The position numbers were made by a program, and so were the translations under genes. From Adineta vaga (Eukaryota; Animalia; Rotifera): a stretch of 64,000 nucleotides of DNA. This document shows, one piece after another, positions 12,791-27,009 of the stretch. Numbering within the stretch: the first letter of the stretch is position 1; every line of letters starts with the position of its first letter. The notes below the pieces were generated by a model. That model was not told the DNA's origin. It did not search any database and was given only the letters and a program-made list of their open reading frames with translations. The stretch is from assembly GCA_021613535.1 (NCBI GenBank), contig CP075496.1:14942001-15006000 (forward strand), given 5' to 3'.

Positions 12791-12812
12791 CTATCTTTTC
12801 AATCTCGTTAAT

Positions 12813-12891
12813 ATCTTGAGGATGGTGTGGGTGTTTGAGCGGTGTATTTATTGGTCAATTCCACTCGTAACTACACTCATATCCTCAAGAT
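12813..12891. repeat. Tiny hairpin element (ATCTTGAGGAT...ATCCTCAAGAT) with telomere-like core; dispersed family member
   Basis: 11-bp perfect terminal inverted repeat and GGTGTGGGTG / CACTCA arms. Confidence 0.75.
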
Positions 12892-13459
12892 TATTTCATC
12901 ATTATTTCATGAGGAATTTTGATAAAGAAATGACAAAAAGAGAAAAAAATATTTTTTCATTAATTAATATGATCGATATTGAAGGATAGAGTTACCTATT
13001 GTGACTAAAAGACAGTCGTTGCCGTGGATCATTGGTAAAATATCGATAATAATGAAGAACCAACTGTGTGTTAAATTATTGAGCTATACGCAATTGTGAA
13101 TCGACAAAATGTTGGCAATAGACTATGTGATGAGTACTTTGATATGTACTCGAAAATAAAACACAAATATAATCTAACTTACGATACTGTCTTTTGTATG
13201 TTTCTTCTCTGTTCTGCTACTCTGCACATGTATTTCTTTTTTTTTTCTATGAATAGGCTAGTCACGAAAGAGAAGAAAAAAAAAACAACGAGGTTATATT
13301 TTTATCTCACAATGACTTGTAATTTCAAAAGAGTGAAAATAGAATAACTATATAAGAGATATTCGTGTAGAATACGGTAAGGACTCATGAAGTTAATAAC
13401 TTTTAATTTTAACTTTTTGATGATAATCAAAAATTTTTGAACTATTTTGCCTTTTTAGA

Positions 13460-15515
13460 ATGACTCACGCTCAAGATAACATTTCTACATATGACTACAT
13501 TGTTATTGGAGGTGGAACAAGTGGTTCAGTTGTTGCAAGACGTTTAGCAGAAGGAGAAAATCATTATAATGTTTGTCTTCTTGAAGCTGGACCTAGGTTT
13601 ATTTCTTTGAGCAATTTTGCTTTTAATTATATTTGAATAATTTATTTTTTTGTTATATAGTCATGAAGAGATCTACAATAGTCATATGCCTGGTGGTATG
13701 GGAGCAATTGATAGAACACAATTTGATTGGGGTTACGAAATGGTTCCTCAAAAAGGATGCAATAATCGTGTCCAAGTTGCTGCACGCGGTCGCTTTCTTG
13801 GAGGTACTAGTGGTATCAATGGAACAGTGATTATTCGCGGTGCTAAAGCGGATTATGATCGAATTGCTGATATGGGAAATCCAGGATGGAATTGGCAAGA
13901 TATGATGCCTTATTTTAAAGCATCAGAAACATTTCATCCAGCGGAATGGCACCAAGCAGACTTATCTGTTCATGGTACGAATGGACCACTACATACTGCG
14001 CCGCATCGTCTGGCATCTATCTCAGAAAAAGTTGTCGAATCATTTATTGATCATGGTTTTCAATATAAACCCGATATGTTCGTTCAAGGTGAATATGAAG
14101 GTATGTTATATTTATGGTATGTTAAAAGGTATTGCGATAAAACTTTTCTAGGTGTTGGACATGCTGTGCGCAGTGTTTACAAAGGTATTCGAAGTACAGG
14201 TGCAGACTTTGTACGTAATTGTAAAATGGAAAATCTTGTTGTTAAAACGGGACTATTTGTTGATCGAATTATTATGGAAAAAAATGCCTCAACTGACGAA
14301 GAACATCGTGAATATAGAGCAGCCGGTGTCGAAGCTCATGATGATATTAATGGTCAGACAATAATTATAAAAGCAAGAAAAGAAATCATTTTGAGTGCTG
14401 GGTATATCAATTTCTTCGACCGCGATATTTTATTCTTATTCTTTTGATTTAGTGCCTATAATTCTCCAATCATTTTGATGTACTCCGGCATCGGTCCGAA
14501 AGAACATCTTACTGAAATGAACATTGATTGTAAGATCGATTTACCTGGCGTTGGGGAAAATCTTATCGATCATCCGATTGTAAATAATATTTCTTTCATT
14601 TTTTACTCGTATAAAAATTTCTATTACTATTTAGGTGTTTGCATCTTATCAAGTAAATGATCCTAATCTTACAATGGATCGTTTGGTTTTTCATAATCCT
14701 GAAACTATTGCCTTAGCAATCAAAGAATGGAATGAAACAAAAACAGGTTTTATGTCAGCAATCCCATTTGGTCCTTTTGCGCTCAAACGGATTGATAAAA
14801 CAATTTTTGATCCAGTTTGGGAAGCTGAAAAGTTGAAGCAGCAATGTGATGATCCAACTGGACAGTTACAAAATCAACCTCACATTGAGTTTCTTACTAC
14901 TGAACTTTTCTGTGGTCCGCCACTTTACGTAGGTTAGTTCAATATTCTGTAGAATCTACTTATTTGGAGATTTGTTTTACAATAATATTAATACATATAG
15001 ATGTAAATCCAAACTGTCCAGTCAATGGTGAAAGCGTTTTTACACTAATTGCACTTCTATGTCGACAGTTATCGAAAGGTACTGTACGTCTATCGTCCAA
15101 CGATCCAACTAGCAAACCAATCATCGATCATGCCTATCTTGCTAACGATCTGGATGTAGCTGTACTCGCTGAAGGTTGTCGCATTGGTAATGAAATATTA
15201 ATGAAAGGTCGAGGAACAAAGGATATCATTATTGGACCTTGGCCAAAAACAATGTCCTATCCAACAGATTTGAATGGTTGGAAAGATTATGTACGAGAAT
15301 TCACTTACAGTTGTGGTCATCCAGGTGGTACATGTAAAATGGCACCTAACAATGATCCAATGGGTGTAGTGGACCATCGTCTTCGTGTTCGAAATGTGAA
15401 AAACTTACGAATAGCTGATGTATCTATTATGCCTATACTTAATAGTGGACATACACAAGCACCTGCATATGCTATTGGCGAAAAAGTCGCACATATGGTG
15501 CTACAGGATGCATAA
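13460..15515 (+). CDS. GMC oxidoreductase (glucose-methanol-choline family flavoenzyme), 6 exons
   Basis: Exons 13460-13596, 13661-14100, 14152-14401, 14453-14579, 14635-14932 and 15001-15515 join in frame through GT-AG introns. Motifs: [83 protein letters not shown] (His/His catalytic pair). Confidence 0.95.
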
Positions 15516-16447
15516 ACTAAAAAATAGTTTTAAAGAATAATTCATTGGTTTCATTGAACTTTTTATACGATTATCTGCTTGATTCATAATACTTTTGCTA
15601 GTTTTTATTTAAATGCGAAGTTCGAATACTTTTACGTATTCATACTTTGATGGTCTTTTTTACATGTAAACTATAATATATTTGATTCTGTACTATTAAG
15701 AGTATCACGTGATATAATAAAAACGTAAATCTCGATATGAGCACAAATTCAATAATAGCATGATGTAGTCCAATAATATCATAATGAAATGAATGTTTCA
15801 CAATTTCATATTAGAAAATACTTGTATCTTCGGTTTTTCCTGTATTTGTTATATTTCAAATATCTATAACGGTGACAATATCAACTTTTATAGAGTTATA
15901 AACTTAGGGATACAACAGTGATAATAATCGTAACTGTTTTGAACTTGTAGCTGTTTCACTAATAATCGATAAAGATCGTTTGATATTTCATTTGCATACT
16001 ACTTTATCGTTTTCGAAAATCATGATTATAATGAAAAAAAATTCCATTAGTAAAACGGTGTTTATATTTTAGTAAATCAATTAATTTAATCTAAAAAAGT
16101 GTTTTAATTATACTTTTAGAATGATTCAAACAATATTTTGTTAAAATAGTTAATATAAGACAAATATGATTAACTTAATTGTTATTTCAATTGTTTGAGA
16201 AAAACGATAATGAAATAGTGAAAGAAAGAGGAGAAATGCTGAAAAGAGAAAGTAGAATAGTTTTTTTTTGTTTTTCTTTCTGTTATTTAATCATGAAACT
16301 TTTAGTAACGAGTTCTTTTCTGACTTATATTTCATCATTTGAAGATTTTTTTTTCTGATCGAAAGAAAAACAACAGAAATTCTTAATGTAATATGAAAAT
16401 AACCTTTGATTTTAGATTTGTAATTTAGTTTATCTCGATAATAAACG

Positions 16448-17347
16448 ATGTCTGGTATAGCAGGAAAACGTAGTTTTATAATTGCGTCTATTATAATTGA
16501 TGTTCTTAATTTGGGTGAACAAATTGGTATTTATTTTGCACAAAAAGCCGAACAACTCGAAGAATACAAAGAACGACAATTTTTCTTTATTCTTCTTGGT
16601 ATTAGTGCAGCTAATCTATTCAAATCAATATTTTTAAATGAACGTATAAAAATAGGAATTTCATTTTTGATTGAAATCGGTGAACTTTTTTGTTATTTAT
16701 TTGTTCTTCAACGTACATTAACAGTTATGATTATTTCATTGACATTTTTTGGATTTCAATTTTTATGTTATATTATCACATTCTATTTAGTTCAAACCAA
16801 TGATCAAACAAAACCGACTACACATCGAATCCGAGGCTTTATTTATCGTCTTGCGATGTATATTGGAACAAATGGTGGTCCTCTCTTAACTTTATTTCTA
16901 AGTTCAGAATCACAATTTCGTCAAACACTCTATGAAGTGAGCATTATTATTTCTATTTTTTTGTCTACTATATCGTTTGAAATCTCAAATATTACCAATT
17001 CATCGGAAAATCAAGTACAAATTCAAAGAACAACCGGTTGGAAAATGCCTGTATGCCTTAATTTTGAACAGTTTATGAAAGATAGTAGTCGTATTGAGCG
17101 TGCTTGGGCCTATGTAACTTATATAATCTCAATAGTATTTAGTTGCTTCTATATGGCCATCTTAACAGTTGCTTTAGCAAGTCTTGAATTACAAGGAAAA
17201 GGATCGCAACTTCCATCTTACGATCGAGGTGTTTGTATTTATTTTCTAGTTATTACTTCATGTGTTCTACTTGCTAGTCCATGTTTTTGTTGTGTTATAT
17301 TTTTTGTTGTTTATGGTATTGTTTCGAATAAATCGATGTCACGATAA
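16448..17347 (+). CDS. Intronless multi-pass membrane protein of unknown function (299 aa)
   Basis: Long open frame in AT-rich DNA with about 8 hydrophobic segments and a Cys-rich last helix. No family recognised. Confidence 0.75.
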   Translation: MSGIAGKRSFIIASIIIDVLNLGEQIGIYFAQKAEQLEEYKERQFFFILLGISAANLFKSIFLNERIKIGISFLIEIGELFCYLFVLQRTLTVMIISLTFFGFQFLCYIITFYLVQTNDQTKPTTHRIRGFIYRLAMYIGTNGGPLLTLFLSSESQFRQTLYEVSIIISIFLSTISFEISNITNSSENQVQIQRTTGWKMPVCLNFEQFMKDSSRIERAWAYVTYIISIVFSCFYMAILTVALASLELQGKGSQLPSYDRGVCIYFLVITSCVLLASPCFCCVIFFVVYGIVSNKSMSR

Positions 17348-17894
17348 TTCTTGAGAATGTGTGTGAGGACATGAGTAGCATATTTACACGTCAATTTCAC
17401 CTGCGTGATCATCTCTCTCTCATATTGTCGTCGCCCCCCGTCCATTTTGTTTCTATATAAGCGTGAATTGCATTGTGAATAGTAGTGACATTCTAAATAT
17501 CTGAGGTAGCTCATTTAAACATCTGTACTGTGAGAAATGTTCAGCTACTCAAACTAGTTTGTCATAACAATATTATTTAAAAATATTGTTGTATTTTAAA
17601 TGTAAAAGAAATTTCTTTTCCTATAAGAAATCAAAAATATATATAATTGCTCAGTTCATTAACAACAAATGTAATTAATTGTTCTCGTTTATAGAATATT
17701 GATTACGACAAACAGCGAAAAATTTTTGTCATTATTTGATATTTTCTATATGTTGATTAAGATATATTCTTGTTTCATTGAAATTCGTCAAAAAGTGAAT
17801 TTCATCACATTTATTTGTAAAGATCAATATTGGAACATGTGTTTCTTCAATTCGAATTGTTCTTATAAAATTGATAGCTATCATTTCATTAATT

Positions 17895-19204
17895 TGTGAT
17901 CAGATCATAACAAGTTTAAAAGGATTTCCTTGTCTATGAAGTAATTCTCGATTTTTTATGATCCATTCTTTTCCTTCGTCAATCGTACGAACAATTTGAA
18001 AATCAATCAAGATTTCTTTTGGTAAATTTTTAATAATATTAATATTAGATTCATTTAGAATCTATAATGAAACGAAACGTTGTTGAAATAAAACACTTGG
18101 CTTATGAATCACTGGTTTATGATTCAATTGTGGAATAGGAAGAAAGTTTTGTTGTTCAAATGGATATGTAACTTATCTTCAACAAGAACTTCAACTCTAT
18201 TCATTTCTCTTGTTGCCCATGGATTCGCTAAGGAAAGTTGAGCAATAGCATTTGGAGTTATTCGATTTGATGAGGCCAATCCGGTCTTTCTGTTAGACGT
18301 TGTCGCATATCTTTCTAATTTTTTAATTAAATGTTTTCTATATCGAATATGACAATGATTCATTGAGGAATAAGAATAAGATTCAACAACACTTTGATCA
18401 ACAGGATCAATAAGAACACGTAAAGATCGTCCTTGTTGTTCTCGTGCACACGAAGACGAGCCATAAAACCTTCATAATCAAGAAAATCAAGAAAATGTAA
18501 TGGTCGACGAATACTAATTGTTTTATTGATACAACATCGAAGAATAATATTCCAAATAATTCAACTATTGGGACATTTATTTACATCTGATAAATCTATT
18601 GATTCATTTTGATTTTGAAATTCTTGTAAATATTCATTTTTAATTAAACGAATATTTTAATAACCACGACGACTTGATGATAAATTAACTAAATAACGTG
18701 TTTGAACAACAGTTATAATATAAAATTCAATGCTTGATGTAATGGTTCTTCTGATAATGATGAAACTTTCATTGGAATATCATAAGCAACACCACAAACA
18801 TATTCTATTCCTTCACTAACCATTGAAATATTACAATAACGACATACAAATGATTGAATTAAATCAAATAATCGATCTTCAACTAATCGTATTGGAAGAT
18901 TTCTCGATGTTGACCAAACTCTTTCATTTATATTTTAAAGAAAGACTTTTTTTGAATATATTCAGGTAATTGTTCGATTACATGATCTTGTAAAGTAACA
19001 ACTTGATCACAACGTATTTTATCTTGTTCTTCACCTTACCATCGTGTTATATTATTTTCATCAAAAAATCAATACGACCTTCAATAAATTAATAATTTTT
19101 ACATATTTACCCATCATCATAACGAGATTCAATGAAAATGTTAAACCAACTGGTCCGCCACCAGAAACCATCACTATCAATGGAGATGTATTACATTCCG
19201 TCAT
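17895..19204 (-). pseudogene. FAD-dependent monooxygenase/oxidoreductase pseudogene (not in ORF track)
   Basis: ATG at 19204 gives MTECNTSPLIVMVSGGGPVGLTFSLNLV (Rossmann GxGxxG). Protein-like pieces follow in shifting frames (QVVTLQDHVIEQLPEYIQK; ERVWSTSRNLPIRLVEDRLFDLIQ; EGIEYVCGVAY; QLSLANPWATREM) with stops and indels. The 3' limit is approximate. Confidence 0.75.
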
Positions 19205-20022
19205 TTAAATATCTACAATTATTTTCATATACTAGAAATTATTAGCATGAAAGTGTGAATAACTCTACAACATGTACATCGATATATTTTTCATCTTAAT
19301 TTGTATAGAAACAATATATGATTAATGACAAAATTTACTTGAACAATTGAGTTTTATCTGTATTATATTGTCAATAGTGTAAAATAAGAACGTTCGTTTT
19401 ATACATTCGACAAATTATTTAACATATAGACTGTACTAATTAAAGGGAGAGATTAAAACATCATTTTCAACACATATCTACTGACTTTGATAAGATGCGC
19501 TTCTGTGTCTCTTTAGAATATTAATCTTAGTAGGAGATAATGCAAATGAATCGTTAACAAATATAATAGAAATGAGAAAAATGATATAATCTATAGGTGC
19601 AGTGATGTCATATATACACTATCTTTCTCCTTCTATCACTATTAAAATGTCATGATATGTTATTTATCAAATATTTATTTAACACAAATATAGTATTTTA
19701 ATTTTCTCTCGTTTTAATTATTTCAATCAAATAAAACTTGAGACGACTGATGAGACTGGAAGTAATGCAAGACATATTCACTCAAAATCTGTTGTACATG
19801 TACAAAGTTCAAGTTTTATTTTAATAATGAAAGTTTAATTAAATGGATTGATAAATAGTCAACAGAATACAAATCAATTTATCTCCATCTGTTCAATATT
19901 GTGGAGAAAATTTATTAAAAAATCTTCAATATATCAAAAAGATAAGCTTTTTATCATAGATTTGATAATCAACTCTATGGACTTCATTTGAATATATTTT
20001 CTATTTTAAAAGAGTTTTTTTA

Positions 20023-23000
20023 ATGAAAATAATCATCTTTTTCTAAATTTAATGGTAATTTTATATTTGTATCATGATTCTCAATCATTCGTACAGCTTA
20101 ATAATACTGAAGATAGTTCATCACTTGAATTCTTTGATTGTATTTACTATGAACATGACTCAATAGTTACATATTGTCGTCGACCTGGAAAAGTAATAGA
20201 ATTAAATCGACAACAACAAGAATGTTTTTCGAATGATGAACAAATAACATATTCTAATTTAAAAAAATGGAATATTACCTCTCAAGAAGTCTTACAATTA
20301 ACGTCAAGTATTGAACAAGCCGATGAATATGCGGCATATCTATTGAATAATTTATCTTTCAATAATTTCATTTGTAATTGTTCAGATTCGGCAAGTTTCG
20401 GTAAATTTTGTGAATATCAACTTTTTTTCAATAGTCAATCATTTAATGAAAGTATTACAACACAATTTGAATTAAAAGAAGAAGATATTTACAGTAATCA
20501 AATATATGGTAAAATTCTTTGTTATACAACATTAGAATGTAATTATGGTTTATTATGTTTGGATTGGAGAAATATTTGTGATGGAATTTCAAATTGTATG
20601 GATAGTATTGATGAAGATAATTGTGATTTATTAGAATTTAATGAATGTAAAGATAATGAATTTCGTTGTGATAATGGTCAATGTATTCCAGATGAATATT
20701 GGATGGATGGTAATATTTGTTTATTTTAAATGATTAAAATATAATTATTTTATCTTATAGGATGGCTCCATTCATCTCATGAATGTATGGATCATAGTGA
20801 CGAACGATATACTCATAGTAATCTTTGTTTTAGTTTATTCAGGAGTTTCGATTGTGATGAGCGTTTATGCCCACCAACACATTGGTCGTGCGGAGATGGA
20901 CAATGTATACAACTTCTTCAGCGATTTTCCTATCAATTTTCCTATCAAGCTTCCGTTGAAAGTATGTCTCAATGTTCAAATCTAAGAGAATGTAATTATG
21001 CGTGTGAAGTATGTCCTCATCAAAATCTATGGACAATAGAAAATGGTTTATGTTGGAACTTTTCAATACAGAATAAGACTGAATCAGAATTAGTTATGTC
21101 AATAATCGATGAAGATGATATATGTATTTTATGGTTAAAATGTAAATTAGTAGATGTTACTAAAAGAAACAAATGTAATTGTCCATTAGATAAACTATGT
21201 AAATTTCAAGATAATGATAAGCAAATGGAGAAACGATGTTCAAATCCTATTGAATATCCATCATATGGTCTGTATCGTCCTTATTTATCAACTTATTATC
21301 ATACAGGTACTTATGCATTCGAAAGAGGAGCACCATCAATTTACAAAATGAAAGGAAGTATTAAATGGCGCGGTTATCAAGCGAGCACATTAAATCAAGA
21401 AATTGATTTATTAATAGAATCCGAAAGTAGTTTCACGTCTAATAATTATTTTGGGGTTGTTGGTATGTATCACAGCGGATTCGATTATTTATTTTGTAAG
21501 AATGAAAATATTTATCAAAACAAGTCTAATGAAGTCCCAAAATTTGATGAAATGTGTTGGAGTAGATTAAGTCGAACATTTGATACAAATAAATCTTACA
21601 GTTTTTATGCTATGTGTCCTAACGATCCTCTATGTCTGTCCAGTTATCGTATTAATGACGGTAATAATCATTGTTATCGTGGTCTAGATGAAAATAGACA
21701 AGAATATCCAGAATCTTGTTCTAATATACGAAAGTATCGATTACAATGCTCCCTAGATGAACAACCTATGTGTCTTTTGCCTCAAGATGTAGGTACACAC
21801 AGTTTTGAATGTTTAAATTATTATGATGAATTTATCTTTGGTTCAAATTTACCGTTTGATCCTGGTGCATGTTCAATTGAAAATGATGATCAATGTAAAC
21901 TATTACGAGATTATATAACTATGACAACAAAAAATAATACTAAGCAAGAGATCGAATCATTTATTCAATCGATAAAAACTGAGAGTTATGGTAGAAATAT
22001 TCCTCATCACTTGTATTGCGATACATTTTGGGATTTATCAATAACTGATGAATTACCTGAGTATTGTCAGCTATGGATATGTACAAAAGACAAATTTCAA
22101 TGTCCAAAAACGGGTGAATGTATCAATCCTGAATGGATTTGTGATAGTAAGTATATATTTTACTATGAACATATAGCTATATGTCTTTCATATTAGGTAT
22201 TTGGGATTGTAGTGATGGAAGTGATGAAGAAGGAATTTTTCGTATCAATAAACTATCAGATCATAATAAAGCTTTGATAAATCTGAACAAACGTAAAAAA
22301 CGTTGTAAAAAACTGTATGAATTTCAACCATTATCTTATTTTTGTGATTATCAAAGTGAATATCCTTGTCTAAAAAATACTGAAGTTTTCCATGAATTAT
22401 GGAATTTTAGTCTTCATAAACCATGCATACCACTTTCAGAACTTGGGAATGGTATTACGCAATGTTTCGGAGGTAAAAATGAAAAATTAACGATCCAATT
22501 GCATCCAGTTGGTGATCCACTTGGATTATCTTTTTTATGTCAAACAACCAATAGAATTAAGTATTATGTATACACATATGTGTAACAGAATGCATATATG
22601 TGACAATAACGAAGACAAATATGTTTGTTTATCGGATCGAATACCAGAAATAGCAATTACAAATAATAGTTACTGCGGTTATAATCCATCAGATGTTGTT
22701 TGTTTGAATGGTAAATGTAAAAAAGGAGCACGTTGTAATGGTCATAAAGACTGTCAATATGGTGAAGATGAATATACATGTGCTTTACATAGTGATGAAA
22801 TAGAATTAAATTTAATAGATTTAATATACTATCGATCAATCAGGCATATAGATATGAAAAATTCCGATAGAATCATTCGGATTTCCGATTTTCCACTATC
22901 ATTAACTATCAAAACTGTGAAAGACATTACCATTGTTCAACAAATGAAACATAATGAAAATCATTTTGGTTTAAAATTATCAAATATTTCATTTAATAAA

Positions 23001-25585
23001 TTTCAAATTGCTTATCATTGCAATCGTGGATTATCCGTTCTTATGTTAAACAATAAAGATTTCGTATGCTTTTGTCCACCTTCATATTATGGGAAATATT
23101 GTGAATTTTATAGTGATCGTTTAACGGTTGTTACTCATTTGAATTATACAAATACTCCCTACTTAGATATCAAAGATGATATAGTGATTTTACAGGTTTT
23201 ATGTGTATTAATTTTTGAAGATGAAGTTATCGATCATTATAGTTTTCGTACAGAACCAGACTGTAATGAGTGTGGCTTTGTGAAAGAGAAATTTTTTCTT
23301 CTTTATTCACGTTCAGAAAATTATTTAAATCATAAAAAAAAACGTTATTTTAATCGTACAGATATTATTGAAAATCAACCATATTCAATTCGTTTCGAAC
23401 TTTATGAATTGAAGAAAACTGAAACAATAGAATTCATTGGTCTTTGGCAATATCCAATTTATTTCGATTATTTACCATCTTTTCGTTTCGCAAAAGTCCT
23501 TCGATTTCCATCTAAATTCTCTAACAATGATCTTTGTTATAATAATTCATGTAATAATCGATCAACTTGTCATCGTATATTAAATGAAAATTCTACCATA
23601 ACATATTTATGTTTATGTCGTGCGCCTTTTTATGGTAAAGATTGTCAATTAATTGATGAAAATTGTTTGAAATATTGTTCACCTAATTCGATCTGTAAAC
23701 CAAAATATCGTGGAATTGTCAATAATAATCAACAACCACTTTGTATTTGTTCGTGGTCATTTTATGGATCAAGATGTTATTTACAATATTCATCGTGTTC
23801 ATCTCAACCTTGTCTAAATAACGGAAGATGTTCCGAAACCATGGATTCAGCTGATCCAATACCTTACATTTGTTTTTGTCAGAATCATTTTTATGGAGAT
23901 CATTGCGAATATGAAGATGTTCATATTCATATTCAGTTAAATGTATCAACTGTTATTCCCATTAATGTTTTAGTATCCGCTGTTCAATACTTAGACTTTA
24001 GTGATACGAGTTATGATTTAATTCTTCGAGAACAAAAAGTATCATTTGGTTTACAACTTGAATGGAACTTTTATTATGGAGAAACGATTGCACCACAATT
24101 TGGTCTTTTATTGATCTATGATAATAATTATCCATTAATGAATCCACAATTCTATTTATTATACGTACAAAATGAAAAAGAAAATATTAATATAATTGTA
24201 CAATTGAATAAACATAATTATTGTGCACATATTTCCACATGGATCAATCAAATGAGTAAGTTTGTCTTTTTTTCTAAAATGAAAACTACTTTTTACATAT
24301 TGAATTATTATTTAGATGATTCTATACCTTTACTTTTTCGTTATCATCGAGTTTGTCGTGAAATTTTGAATCATACTAAAACTATATGTTTTCGTGATGA
24401 TGTTTATCTTTGTATTTGTGATGAAGATTTTTATCGTGCTGAATGTTTTGGTTATGATTTATCTAGTGGTAAATGTTCTTATTGTTTATCAAATGGTTTC
24501 TGTTTAATTGGTGATCTTGAAGATCATGTTAATATGATCTGCTTATGTCCAAGATGTCATTACGGTGAAACTTGTCAATTTTCAAATGAATTATTAAGTT
24601 TTACATTAGATTCATTGATCTTAAATGATATGTATTATCATCGAACACTCGCCTCTATAGTTTATATCAGTATTGCGACAATAATATGTCTCATCGTTTT
24701 TTTAACAATTTATGTAGTTTTTTAACATTTATTCGTTCAAAACCTCGTCGTTTTGGTGTAGGTAATTATCTTCTTCTTGTTGCCATTATTAATCAATGTT
24801 CTCTTATATGTCTTCTTCTTAAATTTATTCATATTATTCTCTACAGTACTGGTACACTTGTCAATCATATAAGTTTAAATTTATATATATGTAAAATAAT
24901 TTCTTATCTTCTTTCGGTTTTTACTCGAATTACCTATTGGTTAACTAGCTTGGTAACTATCGAACGGGTTTGCATCGCTATTTTTCTTACGCCAAGAATA
25001 ATAAAGAAATCAAAAATAGCTCTTTCTTTGAGTTTATTTGTTGGTTTAGTATTGGTTGTGATGCATATTCATGAAGTTTTGTATTATAAAACTTTTATTG
25101 ATCGATCTGCGACATTAAAGCAAATTGCTATATGTACTACAGATTATCAAGATGTTCGTTTAAAAACATACAATCGTATAAATATTTTTCTACATCATTT
25201 TGTTCCATTTCTAATTCAATTACTTTCAATTAGTATTCTTATTATTGAAACTACACGTAGTCGTCTACGCGTTACTAATAACATTAACAACAATAACAAC
25301 AATACATGTCTTACTATTTTTAAACGAAAATTTCAAATGAATAAAGAACATTATTTTACTCCATTAATTATTATTTTTAGTGCTTTACCACAAATTATCT
25401 TTTCATTTGCTTATGGTTGTACTGATTTGAATGAAGGATGGAGAAAATATACATTATTAACAACATATCTATTATCATATTTACCACAAGTATTAGGATT
25501 TATTCTATATGTTTTACCATCACAAGCATATACACAAGAATTCCAAAAGACAATTGTAGGTAAATTATTATCGAAGACATTATGA
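20023..25585 (+). CDS. Large LDL-receptor class A + EGF-repeat ectodomain fused to a rhodopsin-like 7TM GPCR; three 1-bp frameshifts (pseudogene or assembly errors)
   Basis: LDLa repeats (CDGISNCMDSIDEDNC; ECKDNEFRCDNGQCI; FQCPKTGECINPEWICD; CNGHKDCQYGEDE). EGF repeats (CFCPPSYYGKYCE; CLCRAPFYGKDC; CLNNGRC...CFCQNHFYGDHCE). 7TM with 'VTIERV'. Introns 20710-20760, ~22147-22197 and ~24256-24315. Frameshifts at ~20040, ~22555 and ~24697. Confidence 0.85.
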
Positions 25586-25966
25586 AAAGACAATACTCTA
25601 TTCAAAGTATTTTATCATAAAAGATAAAATTAAATATTTCCTTGATAACAAAAAGAAGTTGAATATATCAAATATATATTACAGATTACTAATATTTACA
25701 CTAATAATTATTGTGGCAATATTTTTACTTTCGTAGACGAACATAGTTTTTGTATTCACCCACTTAAGAAATAGTTTTAAATTTCTTGTTGATATGAAAA
25801 TCTATTATTCCGTAATAATTCAAAAACAAATATTTTATAACTTTTCTGTCCAAAATATGAGTGTTGTATAGTATGTGCTTTCATTATCGTAACTCACATC
25901 AATCTTATGAAATTTGATTCAAAATTTTCTTATTTGTAACAGTACTATAAATATGCGAAAAAGACC

Positions 25967-27009
25967 TTATTCTTCATCATAAGGTGCATAATGTTTACAA
26001 TTTGGATGATGTCGATGATTTCCATCTTGTCGTATGCGTTGATAATCTGCTAAACAAGACCAACAAAATTCATAATGACATTTAACACAAATCATATGAT
26101 CACAACCATCATTTTTTTCGATTTGAAATGGACAATTAGGACATTTTTTTGAATTTTGAATAATCCATAATCGACTAGCTTCATCATTAGCATTAGTTAT
26201 CATATCATATTCTGGACATGTTAATCCATTATGCCATTTAACTTTATGAATAAAACAAGTTTTTTGATGACAATAAAAACAAGTAACAATATTATTTCCT
26301 TCTCCACCATCATTTAATTGTCCCATACCACAAGCAGGATTTGAACACCAAATAAAATCATTCATTTGTTCTAATTGTTGATGAAAAATAAATCGTTCGT
26401 ATCTATCAAAAAGTCTCTTATCTGCACTACGACGAAGAATATCTTTAACTATTTCATAATCAAGTTGAATATTACAATCGAGTTCAGGACATCGAACATC
26501 ATCTCGACATGTTTCTTCAAAAGCTTTTTGAACATAATCAAACACACATGTAGTACATATAGTTTGACGAGTATGTCGACAATCAGCAGTTAATGGAGAA
26601 CCAAAATCATATGGAAACTTTTCATTATAACATACTTGACATATCTGACGCACGAAATTAGGCAATGCTCTACGTAAAAAATATCCGAACAATGTGAGAA
26701 TTTAAGAAAAATGAAGTCCACCACGTAGAACGAAAGACTTACTCAATCGATGAGATATCTTTTCTATAATATATACCTTTCGTGTGATGTTGACGATGTA
26801 AATGGAGAAACTATTGGCAGCAAATGTATTCTAGTCGGATTTCTTCTATATTTTGCTATACAACAGATGATTATTGCAAAAATTATTGAAATTACAATTA
26901 AACAGAGAATTGCTATACCAACTATATAGTCAGGTTCTATAGAAAAAAAGAATTTATTCGTATTTGATTATTAATGAAATAATTTACGAAGTGTTAATAG
27001 ATGATCCAT
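25967..27009 (-). CDS. RBR (RING-IBR-Rcat, Ariadne-like) E3 ubiquitin ligase with an N-terminal transmembrane anchor, 3 exons
   Basis: RING1 (CQVC...CRH...CTTC...CPELDC), IBR (WCSNPAC...CFYC...CFIHKVKWH...C) and Rcat (KKCPNCPFQIEKNDGCDHMICVKCHYEFCWSC). Upstream exons (ATG 27009; ~26936-26777) add MDHLLTLQPDYIVGIAILCLIVISIIFAIIICCIAKYRR, spliced via ag|gtatat...cgtag|a. Confidence 0.85.

Noticed and set aside
19740-19790. Hammerhead ribozyme core (CTGATGAG), also CTGATGA at ~6707
   Set aside because: No properly placed GAAA or stem II/III pairing could be found.
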